Below are positions 24,895 to 35,341 of a stretch of 64,000 bases of DNA, piece after piece. The position numbers and the translations under genes were made by a program. The stretch is taken from the NCBI GenBank assembly GCA_045650505.1, contig JAZRRE010000030.1:6966-70965 (forward strand), in the 5' to 3' direction. Within the stretch, counting starts at the first letter, position 1. Each line of letters opens with the position of its first letter. This DNA is from Clostridia bacterium. Its GTDB lineage: Bacteria; Bacillota; Clostridia; Christensenellales; UBA1242. The notes beneath the pieces were generated by a model, which saw only the letters and a program-made list of their open reading frames with translations, made no database searches and was not told the DNA's origin.

Positions 24895-26641
24895 TTTTGA
24901 GTTCCTCCTTTGAAAGTTGTGAAAGTGCTATTTCTTTGTAAATCGCACAATTTTCCATAAGTTCATCGTGAGTTCCCTCACCAACCATTGTGCCCTTGTC
25001 AAGCACAATAATCTTGTCAGCGTTTTTAATTGTTCCAATACGCTGTGCAACAATCAAGCAGGTTGTGTCTTTTGCTTTTTCACGAAGTGCAGAGCGAAGT
25101 GCTTTGTCTGTCTTATAATCAAGTGCAGAAAAACTATCATCAAAAATCAAGATTTCAGGATTTCTTGCAAGCGCACGCGCAATTGAAATTCTTTGTTTTT
25201 GACCACCAGAAACATTCTTTCCGCCTTGGTCGATTCTTGAATAAACCCCTTCAGGAAGGTTATAAACAAAACCTGATTGTGAGATTTCAATTGCCTTTTC
25301 AACATTTGCTTCGGTTGGTTTTTCATTTTCTTTGAAACCCATAGTGATATTATCTTTCACAGTTCCAGAAAATAGCACTGCCTTTTGAGCAATATAACCA
25401 ATTTTATCGTTAAGTTGCTCTATGGTGTAATCTTTAACATTCACACCGTCAACAATAACTTGACCTTCTGTTGCATCATAAATTCTTGGAACAAGGTTGA
25501 TAAGTGTGCTTTTTCCACTTCCGGTTGAACCAATAAAAGCAACTGTTTCACCTTGCTTAACTTTAAAGTTGATATCACGAAGCACATACTCTTCAGCATC
25601 AGGATATTTAAATCCAACATTAACAAATTGAATTTCACCTGTTTTGATTGGTTTATCAGTTCCATTTCCATCAACAATTGCACTCTTTGCTTCAAGCACT
25701 TCTTTGATACGCCTTGCAGAAACTTGCGCTCTTGGAAGATTCATAAAAATCATAATAAGAGCAATAAAACTCATGATAATTTGAATTGCGTATGTGCTAA
25801 ACACAATCATATTTTCAAAAATAAACAACTTATCAAAAACTGAAGCATCGTGCATTAAAATTGCACCAATAATATAAATTGAAAGTGGAAGACCATTCAT
25901 AACAATTGTCATTGTTGGGTCGATAAGCGACATAACCCTTGAAATAAACAAATGATTTCCTGCAATTTCAGAGTTTGCTTTTTCAAACTTTTCTGTTTGA
26001 TATTCTTCAGCATTAAATGCACGCACAACTCTTGCACCGGTGAGCCCCTCACGGGTGACTCTTGTGAGATTATCAGTGAGAATTTGCACTCTTTTAAATC
26101 TTGGAATTGCAACAAACACAATAACTAAAAGTGTGATTAAAATGAGAAGCACTGCACCAGCAGTTGCAAGTGACCAAGCAACATTAATGCTGATAATTTT
26201 TGTGATTGCCATAATAGACATAACAGGTGCTTTAACAAGAAGTGTCATACCCATTGCAACAACATTTTGAATTTGAGTAACATCGTTTGTTGTTCTTGTG
26301 ATTAAACTTGCAGTTGAGAAATGTTTAATTTCAGCATCTGAAAAATCAATAACTTTTCCATAAACTTCAGAACGAATTTTTCTTCCAAGCCCCATAGCAA
26401 CTTTTGAAGAAAAGAACTTTGCAATCACAATCGAACAAACAGATGCCACAGCAAAGCCAAGCATATAAAGCCCGTTTATTAGCACATCTCCAACAGTTCC
26501 GTTTTTAACAATTATGTTTGTGATTTTAGACATAACTTCTGGAATTTCAAGTTCACAATAAACATTAACAACAATAAATAAACAGCTTACTATTGCGAGT
26601 ATCCAATCTTTTCGACTTAAATATTTCAATAATTTTAACAT
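24887..26641 (-). CDS. ABC exporter, fused permease/ATPase subunit (heterodimer partner 1)
   Basis: GSTGSGKST, VSGGQKQRISIARA and LIFDDSFS motifs. I prefer ATG 26641 (MLKLLKY, SD AGGAG upstream) over the track start 26722. 8-nt overlap with the partner gene. Confidence 0.9.
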   Translation of the reverse strand: MLKLLKYLSRKDWILAIVSCLFIVVNVYCELEIPEVMSKITNIIVKNGTVGDVLINGLYMLGFAVASVCSIVIAKFFSSKVAMGLGRKIRSEVYGKVIDFSDAEIKHFSTASLITRTTNDVTQIQNVVAMGMTLLVKAPVMSIMAITKIISINVAWSLATAGAVLLILITLLVIVFVAIPRFKRVQILTDNLTRVTREGLTGARVVRAFNAEEYQTEKFEKANSEIAGNHLFISRVMSLIDPTMTIVMNGLPLSIYIIGAILMHDASVFDKLFIFENMIVFSTYAIQIIMSFIALIMIFMNLPRAQVSARRIKEVLEAKSAIVDGNGTDKPIKTGEIQFVNVGFKYPDAEEYVLRDINFKVKQGETVAFIGSTGSGKSTLINLVPRIYDATEGQVIVDGVNVKDYTIEQLNDKIGYIAQKAVLFSGTVKDNITMGFKENEKPTEANVEKAIEISQSGFVYNLPEGVYSRIDQGGKNVSGGQKQRISIARALARNPEILIFDDSFSALDYKTDKALRSALREKAKDTTCLIVAQRIGTIKNADKIIVLDKGTMVGEGTHDELMENCAIYKEIALSQLSKEELKNA

Positions 26642-26798
26642 AAAAATCTCCTCTATAAATAACATTATAATTATATATGTAATTATCAAAATATGCAACA
26701 ACAAAATAAAAAAGACCAGCATTTAATTTAATTTTATTGAACGCAAAATCTCATTGTGTTATAATTGATTCATAATGTAATGAAAAAAGAGGAAAAAT

Positions 26799-27695
26799 AT
26801 GAAACTTCGTGATAAAAACACACCTTCATTTATGAAGCGTGAGATGCTAAACACAGAAACAAAAACACCAGCAAAAACAAAGACTGCCAAACCAAAAACT
26901 AAAAATGTGCATACCGGTCATAGAGAAAGACTCAAAAAACAATACACATTGAACGGAATTAATTCAATGACTGACATTCAACAACTTGAGCTCTTGCTAT
27001 TTTATGCCATTCCTCAAAAAGACACCAACCCTATTGCACATAAACTTTTAGAAAAATTTGGAAATATCAAAAATGTTTTAAACGCAAGTGTTCGTGACCT
27101 TTGCACTGTTGAAGGAATCAAAGAAAGCTCTGCCACCTTTTTGAAAATTGTTTCAAATATGACCAATGTAATGAGTCAACCAACAGAAGGTGCGCTCATC
27201 AACAGCACCAAACTTGCAAGAGAATATTGCGAAAAGTTTTATGTTGGTGTTAACCTTGAGCAATTTCACGTGGTTTGTCTTTCAAAAAACAATAAAGTGA
27301 TTGGAACAAAAATGATAAAATCAGGCACAATTGATGAAATTAAAGTTGAAATTCGTGACATCACAGAATTTGCCATTTCAATCAATTGCAACCGAATCAT
27401 CGTTTCACACAATCACCCACAAGGAAATGGAGAAATGTCTGATGAAGATTTCAGATTCACTTACTCTCTTGTTTGCAGTTGTATGTTAAATGATATTGAA
27501 ATTCTTGACCACATTATTGTTGGAACAGACAAAAATTATTCTTTTTCTGAACACGGCATAATGAAAAAGTTGAAAGATAAAGCAAATGACAAAGTATTAA
27601 TTCCAAAAGAAAGACAAATCTTTCTTTCAAATATCAGCGAAAAATATGAAATCAGTGAATCTTATGAAACAAACATTTCAACTGATAACTTATAA
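26799..27695 (+). CDS. radC: RadC-like JAB-domain protein with Lys-rich N-terminal extension
   Basis: HTGHRERLKK start of the RadC core and the HNHPQGNGEMSDEDFRFT JAB motif. Confidence 0.8.
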   Translation: MKLRDKNTPSFMKREMLNTETKTPAKTKTAKPKTKNVHTGHRERLKKQYTLNGINSMTDIQQLELLLFYAIPQKDTNPIAHKLLEKFGNIKNVLNASVRDLCTVEGIKESSATFLKIVSNMTNVMSQPTEGALINSTKLAREYCEKFYVGVNLEQFHVVCLSKNNKVIGTKMIKSGTIDEIKVEIRDITEFAISINCNRIIVSHNHPQGNGEMSDEDFRFTYSLVCSCMLNDIEILDHIIVGTDKNYSFSEHGIMKKLKDKANDKVLIPKERQIFLSNISEKYEISESYETNISTDNL

Positions 27696-27697
27696 AA

Positions 27698-27729
27698 CAA
27701 AAAGTGCTAACAAGTTTAGCATTTTTTTA
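27698..27729 (+). terminator. intrinsic terminator
   Basis: Stem TGCTAA/TTAGCA (27705-27721) followed by a T-run. Confidence 0.65.
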
Positions 27730-27773
27730 TTGCCCGTTTAATATATTTTATTATAAATTCAAGGAGATTCGCT

Positions 27774-30386
27774 TTGGCATTTTATAATAAAGATTTAAAC
27801 GAAATATATAAAGAACTAAACTCTAACCCTAACGGACTCACCACCGCATCAGCAAATACCAACCTTTCGAGGTTTGGAAAAAATGAACTTGAAAAGCCAA
27901 AAAAACAGAGTTTTTTGAAAAAGTTTTTGCTTCAATTTAAAAACATAATGATTATCATTTTGCTCTGTTCCGCCATAATTTCAGGAATCACTGCCATTAT
28001 GGAAAAATCTCCCGAAAACATTTTTGAAGGTCTTTTGATTTTAGTGATTGTAATCATCAATGCAATTGTTGGAGTCATTCAAGAACAAAAAGCAGAAAAT
28101 GCTCTTGAAAGCCTTATTTCTTCAACAAAACCATTTGCAAAAGTCTTTCGAAACGGAACTCTCACCAAAATATCCACCACCGAAATTGTTGTTGGAGACA
28201 TCGTTGAACTCAAAACCGGTGATAATATTCCCGCTGACATTCGCCTTATTAGTTCTTATGGTTTAGAAGTTGATGAAAGTTCTCTCACCGGAGAAAGTCA
28301 CTCTGTTTCAAAAAACTCTCACCCCATTTTAAAACAAAACTTAACCCTTTCAAGTCAAACCAACATCTGCTTTTCAGGAACAAGTGTAACTTCTGGTCAC
28401 GCAACAGGAATAGTTTTTGCAACCGGCAAAAATACTGAAATTGGAAAGATTGCAAAATCTCTTAACTCAACAATAAAAGAGAAAACTCCACTTGAAAAAA
28501 ATATTGATAAGATTGGCAAAATTTTAACATTTTCCATTCTTGCAATTGTTTTAGTTGTGTTTTTTGTTCAAGTAATTTTCAACAAAAACATAACACTTAT
28601 GGACGCACTTTTAACCGCCGTTGCTCTTGCAGTTGCAGCCATTCCCGAAAGTCTGCCCGCAGTAATCACAATAATAATGGCTCTTGGGGTTCAAAGACTT
28701 GCAAAGCAAAATGCAATTGTCAAAAAACTTTCAGCAGTCGAAACTCTTGGCTGTTGCAACATTATCTGTTCAGACAAAACCGGAACTCTTACCAAAAATC
28801 AAATGACAGTTTGCCATACATTTGAAAATAATAAACTAATTTCCGCATCTGCATTTTCAAATAACGCTTCCAAAATTATTGAAATTGCGTGCTTTTGCAA
28901 CAATGCAATTATTGACAAAAACAGCATAACTGCTGATGCCACCGAAACCGCAATTGTTAAGTTTTTGCAAGAAAAAAATATTGATATTTTAAAGGTCAAA
29001 GAAACACTCAAAAAAGAGCGTGAATACGAATTTAACTCAACCACAAAATCAATGACCACTGTTTATAAAAAAGACAGCTCACAAACTTCTTATGTTTACA
29101 CCAAAGGAGCCATTGATTATGTGCTCAAAAATTGCAGTCAAGTGCTTGTTGGTGACAAAATTGAACCGCTAACTGAAAAACACAAATCTATTATTTTTAA
29201 GGCAAATGAAACCGTTTGCAAAAATGGAGAAAGGGTTATTGCTTTTTGTTTTAAAACAAAAAACTCCTCAACTGAAAGTGACACAGACAACTTAATTTTT
29301 GCAGGTTTTATGAGTCTTATTGACCCACCGCGAAACGAAGCAATTTCCGCAATAAAAAAATGTAAAAAAGCCGGGCTTAAAACTCTTATGATAACCGGTG
29401 ACCACGAAACCACCGCCCTTGCTATTGCTAAAAAGCTGGGCATCGCAGTCACCAAAGCCGAAGTGATTACAGGTGCAGACCTTTCACATTTAACCACCCA
29501 AGAACTTGCAAAAATCATAAACTCATACACCGTGTTTGCAAGAGTCACACCCGAACATAAACTTATGATTGTAAACGCTTTAAAACAAAACGGAAACATT
29601 GTTGCAATGACCGGTGATGGAATCAACGATGCTCCAAGCATTATGTCTGCAAATATTGGTGCGTGTATGGGCATCACTGGAACCGATGTCACCAAAGAAG
29701 CCGCTGATATCATTCTGCTTGATGATAATTTTTCAACTCTTGTAACTTCAATCAAAGAAGGCAGAACCATTTATCAAAACATTTCAAAAACCATTTTATT
29801 TTTGCTTTCAACCAACCTTGTTGAAGTTCTTGGAATTTTTATAACTTCACTAGTTATGCCAAATGCAATTTTCTTACTTCCCGTTCAAATATTGTTTATC
29901 AATCTTGTAACCGACAGCTTGCCCGCATTTGCTCTTGGAATCGAACCTGCTGAACCAAATATTATGAACACCCCACCGCGAAATCCAAATAAAACTCTGT
30001 TTTCTGGAAGTGTCGGCTCATCAATAATTTATCAAGGCTTTGTTCAAACATTAATCGTTCTTGTTATGTTTGTTTTTGCAAATCATTACTACGGTGCAAG
30101 TGTAGCTTCAACAATGTCTTTTTTAACAATCTGCTTGATGCAAATTATTCACTCTATTAACTGCAAAACCGAAAAAAGCATTTTCAAAATAAACATCTTG
30201 AAAAACAAGGCTTTCAATTTAAGCTTTATCATTTTGCTTTCACTCATTTTATCGGTTTATTTCATTCCCTTCCTTTCTTCAATTTTTGGTCTTGTTCAAA
30301 TTTCACTCACTTGCTGGCTTATTGTTATCATCACCAGCCTTTCAATCATTCCACTTGTTGAAGTGGGAAAACTTTTCATAAAATAG
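27774..30386 (+). CDS. P-type cation-transporting ATPase (Ca2+-type, P2A-like)
   Basis: CSDKTGTLT phosphorylation site, TGDHETTA, MTGDGINDAPS. TTG start with SD AAGGAG. Ends in TAG. Confidence 0.9.
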   Translation: MAFYNKDLNEIYKELNSNPNGLTTASANTNLSRFGKNELEKPKKQSFLKKFLLQFKNIMIIILLCSAIISGITAIMEKSPENIFEGLLILVIVIINAIVGVIQEQKAENALESLISSTKPFAKVFRNGTLTKISTTEIVVGDIVELKTGDNIPADIRLISSYGLEVDESSLTGESHSVSKNSHPILKQNLTLSSQTNICFSGTSVTSGHATGIVFATGKNTEIGKIAKSLNSTIKEKTPLEKNIDKIGKILTFSILAIVLVVFFVQVIFNKNITLMDALLTAVALAVAAIPESLPAVITIIMALGVQRLAKQNAIVKKLSAVETLGCCNIICSDKTGTLTKNQMTVCHTFENNKLISASAFSNNASKIIEIACFCNNAIIDKNSITADATETAIVKFLQEKNIDILKVKETLKKEREYEFNSTTKSMTTVYKKDSSQTSYVYTKGAIDYVLKNCSQVLVGDKIEPLTEKHKSIIFKANETVCKNGERVIAFCFKTKNSSTESDTDNLIFAGFMSLIDPPRNEAISAIKKCKKAGLKTLMITGDHETTALAIAKKLGIAVTKAEVITGADLSHLTTQELAKIINSYTVFARVTPEHKLMIVNALKQNGNIVAMTGDGINDAPSIMSANIGACMGITGTDVTKEAADIILLDDNFSTLVTSIKEGRTIYQNISKTILFLLSTNLVEVLGIFITSLVMPNAIFLLPVQILFINLVTDSLPAFALGIEPAEPNIMNTPPRNPNKTLFSGSVGSSIIYQGFVQTLIVLVMFVFANHYYGASVASTMSFLTICLMQIIHSINCKTEKSIFKINILKNKAFNLSFIILLSLILSVYFIPFLSSIFGLVQISLTCWLIVIITSLSIIPLVEVGKLFIK

Positions 30387-30419
30387 ATTATTGCCGTAAT
30401 CAAAATTTATCAACGCAAC

Positions 30420-30456
30420 AAAAAAACAACCCTTGTTTAGGGTTGTTTTGCTTTTT
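30420..30456. terminator. bidirectional intrinsic terminator
   Basis: A-run, stem ACAACCCT/AGGGTTGT (30426-30446), T-rich tail. Confidence 0.7.
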
Positions 30457-30458
30457 CT

Positions 30459-31382
30459 TTAAAACACAGGAGCTGGTTGAATTATAGGGTTAACCACAAC
30501 ACCGCTTTGTTTCTTTTGTGTGCCTATTTCATCAACAAATTTAAAATCGCCAAGGGTTTCAATTCCACTAACAATAACGTTTCCAAGCTCGTTTGTGAAT
30601 TTGTGAATATTCATTGATTCGGCTTCTGGAAAAATGAAATCTATCAAAAGATTGATTAAAATTTCACTTTGTTTCTCTGACCTTCCATTAATTGCAATTG
30701 TACCTGAAGCATCAACAATTGCACTTTCATTTGATTGCTTATTTAAATCAATATCATAAGCAACCTCAAAATAAAGCACTTCTGGAATAATCATATTTAA
30801 AAGGAATAGCGGTGTATCCATTTGTTCTGCAATTTGTTCACAAATATCAGTTGTATTTATTTTCATAATAGATGAAACGTGTGCTTTTGTGTAAACTGTG
30901 CCGTCAAAAGAATCTTTATCAGGAGTAACAATAATTTCAAGAAGTGTGATATTAATAATGTTCAAATAATTCAAATCAGGAAGAGCATCAACCAAAATAC
31001 CATCACTTAAAAACTTGTTGCACACCGAAGCAAGTTCACGGTCAGTCAAAATAACCGATTCTGTTCCTCTAAACAAGTTAAAGTCTGTTTCTTGCATCGA
31101 ACCATCATTGTTCATTTTATAGCTTGCATTTTGAAGTTTTGAAACAGCATTTGAAAAATCTGTTTGAGTGAAACCATTGGTTACAATCTTCGACTCATTA
31201 GGGCTTTTATAAAGTGAAGCCACAACGCCCACAAGGTCAGGAATTCCATAAATTCCATATTTACCAAAATATTTTGGAACTATTTTTTTATCAAGAAAAA
31301 GATAGCCACCTGTGAAAATGGCTAAAATTAGAGTTAATGATATACAAATTTTTAAAATAAACCCTGTTTTTTTCTTTTTCAT
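30459..31382 (-). CDS. membrane-anchored hypothetical protein
   Basis: 307-aa ORF with an N-terminal TM helix (ILKICISLTLILAIFTGGYLF). No recognisable family. Confidence 0.5.
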   Translation of the reverse strand: MKKKKTGFILKICISLTLILAIFTGGYLFLDKKIVPKYFGKYGIYGIPDLVGVVASLYKSPNESKIVTNGFTQTDFSNAVSKLQNASYKMNNDGSMQETDFNLFRGTESVILTDRELASVCNKFLSDGILVDALPDLNYLNIINITLLEIIVTPDKDSFDGTVYTKAHVSSIMKINTTDICEQIAEQMDTPLFLLNMIIPEVLYFEVAYDIDLNKQSNESAIVDASGTIAINGRSEKQSEILINLLIDFIFPEAESMNIHKFTNELGNVIVSGIETLGDFKFVDEIGTQKKQSGVVVNPIIQPAPVF

Positions 31383-31489
31383 TAGACTATGCTACCTGTT
31401 ATTGATGCTTTAAAAACAAATGCAACCACAACAACAGCAAGCACAACCAATCCAATCAATTTAAAAATGCTGAACCTTTTTTTAAACAT
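31382..31489 (-). CDS. candidate 35-aa single-TM micro-protein
   Basis: Not in the ORF track. Translates to MFKKRFSIFKLIGLVVLAVVVVAFVFKASITGSIV. Preceded by TTGACA...TATAAT and SD GGGAGA. Its TAA overlaps the next ATG (TAATG). Confidence 0.35.
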   Translation of the reverse strand: MFKKRFSIFKLIGLVVLAVVVVAFVFKASITGSIV

Positions 31490-31545
31490 CTGCACTTCTC
31501 CCTGCTAAAATTATAGATGAATAACTGTATCTTTGTCAACCAATA

Positions 31546-32874
31546 TTATTTTGAATAAAAAGTAATCTTCACAATCTGGTCAGTATTTCCATCAATTTTA
31601 ACATTTTCGCTAACATCAAGACCCGCAACAACCAAAACTTGATTTTGAACAACCAAAAGCGGAATCATATCACGAACATCAACATCAACTTTTTTATCAG
31701 TAAAATAATCATTGAGTTTTTTAGAACCTGAACCAAGTTTTGCAAAAACATCACCAAGTCTTCTAGTTCTCCAAATTGCATTTGTTGAAAGCTTCGACAA
31801 ACACACATAAAGCGAATCTTCACCATAAACCACATCACTTGGTTCAACAATTTTTGTTTCAATTGTTCCTATGCCTTTAAACTCAACTTTTCCAATCACA
31901 AATTCAAATTCTTCTGTTGTTTGAATCTTTTCTTTTGCGATTGCAATTTTGATTCCACCATAAGTTTTTTTAAGCACCAAATTATGTGGAAAATTAAGCA
32001 TTGAATTCACATCAGCTTCAAACAAGTTTGTTGCAAGCTCATAGTGTTTAGCCTCAATATCAGCAAACACCCCAAGCTTTGAAAATGCCATTTTTAAGTA
32101 TTCTCTAACCAAAATTTTGTGAGTGTGAAACACTGCAGACTTTACCAAAATTTCGCCATTAAATTCTTCAATATAATCTTTGTTAAGCTGGCTTTCAATA
32201 AACCCTTGAACATCTTTGCATTTTTCACCAAAAGCAAAAATTGAATCAACCGCACTTGGATAAATCTTTTCAATTTCAGGAATAACCACATTTCTCAAAT
32301 AATTTCTTGTGGCATCATTTTGCTGATTTGTTGAGTCTTCAACAAACTTAATGCCTGCATCTTTGCAAATGCTCAAAATTTCAGCTTTTTTGAAATTTAA
32401 AAGTGGTCTAAAAATAACACCATCTTGTTTAATTCCACACGCCCCGTGAACACCTGCACCACGAAGAATATTCATAAGTATTGTTTCAACTTGGTCATTC
32501 TTATGATGTGCTAAAAACAACTTGTTAAGTTTTTCCTTTTTCATAATTTTAGCAAACGCCATATAACGAAGTTTTCTTGCAGACTCTTCAAGTGTAAGCT
32601 TTTCTTGTGCTTTTGTTTTCTTAACTTCAACACTAACTATCTCATAAGGAATTTTCTTCTTTTCACAAAAGGTTTTAACAAAAAGTGAATCTCTATCACT
32701 CTCTGCCCCACGCAAATTATGATTCACATTAATAACTTTCAAATAAAACTTGCCTTTCTTTTGAAGGTCTAAAAGCGACCATAATAAAAGCATTGAATCA
32801 GCACCACCGCTAACCCCAACCGCAATTCTGTCAGTTTCTTTGATACCTGAATCTTTAACTAAATGTTCTAACAT
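31546..32874 (-). CDS. tilS: tRNA(Ile)-lysidine synthetase
   Basis: PP-loop VGVSGGADSMLLL and overall TilS length. Adjacent to spoIIE, as in other Bacillota. Confidence 0.85.
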   Translation of the reverse strand: MLEHLVKDSGIKETDRIAVGVSGGADSMLLLWSLLDLQKKGKFYLKVINVNHNLRGAESDRDSLFVKTFCEKKKIPYEIVSVEVKKTKAQEKLTLEESARKLRYMAFAKIMKKEKLNKLFLAHHKNDQVETILMNILRGAGVHGACGIKQDGVIFRPLLNFKKAEILSICKDAGIKFVEDSTNQQNDATRNYLRNVVIPEIEKIYPSAVDSIFAFGEKCKDVQGFIESQLNKDYIEEFNGEILVKSAVFHTHKILVREYLKMAFSKLGVFADIEAKHYELATNLFEADVNSMLNFPHNLVLKKTYGGIKIAIAKEKIQTTEEFEFVIGKVEFKGIGTIETKIVEPSDVVYGEDSLYVCLSKLSTNAIWRTRRLGDVFAKLGSGSKKLNDYFTDKKVDVDVRDMIPLLVVQNQVLVVAGLDVSENVKIDGNTDQIVKITFYSK

Positions 32875-32923
32875 AGCCCACCTAAATTTATAATATTACT
32901 AATATTATAATAGACTATTTATT

Positions 32924-35227
32924 TTAATTTTTCAATAAATTTACACCTATAATGGTCATATCATCAAGATGTTTTTGATTCAAGCTTTCAGCATCAAACA
33001 GAACATTATCTAAAAACTTTTGCATATTATAAATTTTCGCATCATTGATAAATGTTGCAAATGATGCCACTGATGAAAATGAATCAACCACACCATCACT
33101 TGCAAGAAAAATTTTATCACCTGCAAAAAATTGCTTTCGAATGATTGTTGGCTTTGCATTTTCAATAATTCCAATAGGCAAACTATCGCACTTTATTAAT
33201 TCGCTAGTATTTTGATGTTTTAACACAGAAACACTTGCTCCAAGTTTAATAAATAAACATTCATTTAAATCAAGGTCAATAACCACAGCATCAAGGGTGG
33301 TGAAACTGTCAAGCCCCGCAGGAATCAAGAGTTTGTTAACCGATTCTAAAACTAGCCTTGAATCAAGCCCCACTTCAAACATAGACTTAATTAAATCAAG
33401 CACCATTTTAGACATTCGGCTGGCCTTTTCACCATGCCCCATTCCATCGGCAATTGCCACAAAATAACGATTTTCTTTTAATTTGCAAATCACAGCATTG
33501 TCACCATTTTTCTGTTCTTTTGCTTTTGATGCAATCGAAAACTGCACATCGATTTTTGATTTTATGGTGAATGATGCCAAACTCAAACCCGATTGCTCTA
33601 AATGATAAATCTTGTTGAGCTTAACCGAATTTTTTGCCACCTTTGAAACATTAAACGCCATTTCTTTTTTCAGAATTTCAACATTCGGTGCAATAATATT
33701 AATCTCCTCAATTCCACTTTGATTTTCAAAAATCATACACTCTTTCGCATCAATGAGTGAATTAATTAAGCTTTCTTTGAGTTTTTTTGATAATTTTTTA
33801 TTGATTTTTGCATTATTTTTTATATTATTTGCAAAATTTTTAAATATGTCTGCAAAATTCCCAATCTCACTTGAAATGATAAGTTTGCTTTCATCTTCGT
33901 TTTTTGTTGCTTTTTCATACTTCAAAAACAACCTTGCCATTTGATTGATTTCAGTTGCAATAATGCCTGATTTTGAACAATAAGTTTGAATTCCACTCAT
34001 CATATCACCCGCATCAATTTCTTGTTTTTGAATGGCTTTAAGAAGCATATTTTCAAACATTTCTTTTTTATTAATATTTTCCAAAAAACAATGCCTATAG
34101 TTTTCACAATTTGCACAACACTTATTAATCACATCAATCGCAAGTTCTTTACTTGCCTTGTTTCTATCAAGCTTGCCAATCAGCAAATCTTTAAAACAGC
34201 TTTGCATTTTAGTTAGAATTGATGACATATAAAATAATCTATTTTTTAATTCAAACACTTTTCTGTCTTGATGATTTTGAATAATGATATTTGAAGCATC
34301 ATTTTCAAAAAGCCCAGAAAATTTATCAACGAACTTATTTGGAAATAAAATATAAATAAAAAACGCAAAAAACACAGAAATAGTATTAAAAATATTGAAA
34401 TTTTTAAAAATTAATAATAAAAGTAACGAAATGGTAAAATTAAAAAATGCAAACAACCATTTATTTAAATCTTTAATTAGCACACAAGCCAGCCCAAAAA
34501 CAATTCCAAAAATAAATAAAAATCCATCAGCTGAAACAAAAATTTCACCAAGCAACACAACAATTAAGCCAATTAAAAATCTATCAATTGGCAAAATTTT
34601 AACCCCGAAAATTATAAATAAAACAATCAAAAATAGACCCAAATATTTCTCAATAAAACCAAATGAAAATATTCCAAGGGCTAGAAGCATTACCATTATC
34701 GAAAAAATAAAATAATCATTTTTGCTAAACTTATAAAAAATTAGTTTGTTTTTATATGTTTTTTTAAATTTATAAAAATACAAAAACACAATTGCTTGAA
34801 TAACAAAATTTATTAAAAATGCCACAATATTTTCAATTGAATCAATTGAAAAATAAAGTCTCAAAACATTAGATAAACACACAAAAACTTCTGCAACCAA
34901 AAGTTTTTTCTTTGGCTTTAAATATTCATTTGCAAAACAATAAAGTGATAAAAAGACAATTTCATAACCCAGAATAAACATATCTTTAAATGTGTTAAAA
35001 GTGTAAATTTTCGACAAGGCATAAAACAAGGAAACAAGAATAATATTTCCACCAAAATAAACTTTATAAAAAGCAAAAGCAAGCCCCACAGGACTCAAAA
35101 AACCAAATAAATTAATCTTTGAAAAAATCATCTGCAAAACAAAATGCAGATAAATTTTCATAATCACTTTCAACTTTTGCTTGTTCATATACTTCATAAT
35201 AAACAAAAGCAAATTCAAGTCTTTCAC
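32924..35227 (-). CDS. spoIIE: stage II sporulation protein E-like: polytopic membrane domain plus PP2C phosphatase
   Basis: About 10 hydrophobic segments in the N-half. C-terminal PP2C motifs IADGMGHGEKAS and LASDGV. The track start is GTG; the true start is uncertain and may be an internal ATG. Confidence 0.7.
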   Translation of the reverse strand: MKDLNLLLFIMKYMNKQKLKVIMKIYLHFVLQMIFSKINLFGFLSPVGLAFAFYKVYFGGNIILVSLFYALSKIYTFNTFKDMFILGYEIVFLSLYCFANEYLKPKKKLLVAEVFVCLSNVLRLYFSIDSIENIVAFLINFVIQAIVFLYFYKFKKTYKNKLIFYKFSKNDYFIFSIMVMLLALGIFSFGFIEKYLGLFLIVLFIIFGVKILPIDRFLIGLIVVLLGEIFVSADGFLFIFGIVFGLACVLIKDLNKWLFAFFNFTISLLLLLIFKNFNIFNTISVFFAFFIYILFPNKFVDKFSGLFENDASNIIIQNHQDRKVFELKNRLFYMSSILTKMQSCFKDLLIGKLDRNKASKELAIDVINKCCANCENYRHCFLENINKKEMFENMLLKAIQKQEIDAGDMMSGIQTYCSKSGIIATEINQMARLFLKYEKATKNEDESKLIISSEIGNFADIFKNFANNIKNNAKINKKLSKKLKESLINSLIDAKECMIFENQSGIEEINIIAPNVEILKKEMAFNVSKVAKNSVKLNKIYHLEQSGLSLASFTIKSKIDVQFSIASKAKEQKNGDNAVICKLKENRYFVAIADGMGHGEKASRMSKMVLDLIKSMFEVGLDSRLVLESVNKLLIPAGLDSFTTLDAVVIDLDLNECLFIKLGASVSVLKHQNTSELIKCDSLPIGIIENAKPTIIRKQFFAGDKIFLASDGVVDSFSSVASFATFINDAKIYNMQKFLDNVLFDAESLNQKHLDDMTIIGVNLLKN

Positions 35228-35305
35228 ATAAAAACAAGGTTTTATTTTTAATTTTGTCTAACATTGTCAAAATTAGTAAAGTCAAAATTTTTGCCAATTT
35301 ACGCA

Positions 35306-35338
35306 TAAAAAAACACACCGCGTTTACGGTGTGTTTTA
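35306..35338 (-). terminator. intrinsic terminator
   Basis: Stem ACACACCG/CGGTGTGT (35313-35334). A-run on plus equals a U-run on minus. Confidence 0.7.
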
Positions 35339-35341
35339 AAA

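Noticed and set aside
29138-29770. 210-aa antisense ORF inside the P-type ATPase gene. Similar long shadow ORFs occur at 43887-44297 (glgB tail), 53885-54304 (aspS), 55004-55390 and 55126-55731 (gatA), 42259-42606 and 43243-43701 (glgB).
   Set aside because: Each lies wholly within a gene with strong family motifs. Each has low-complexity or Ser/Leu-rich composition typical of antisense or off-frame translation, and none has an SD or promoter.
35112-35318. 68-aa minus-strand ORF overlapping the 5' end of spoIIE in another frame.
   Set aside because: It has no SD and overlaps the terminator of the upstream gene. It probably only reflects uncertainty about the true spoIIE start.
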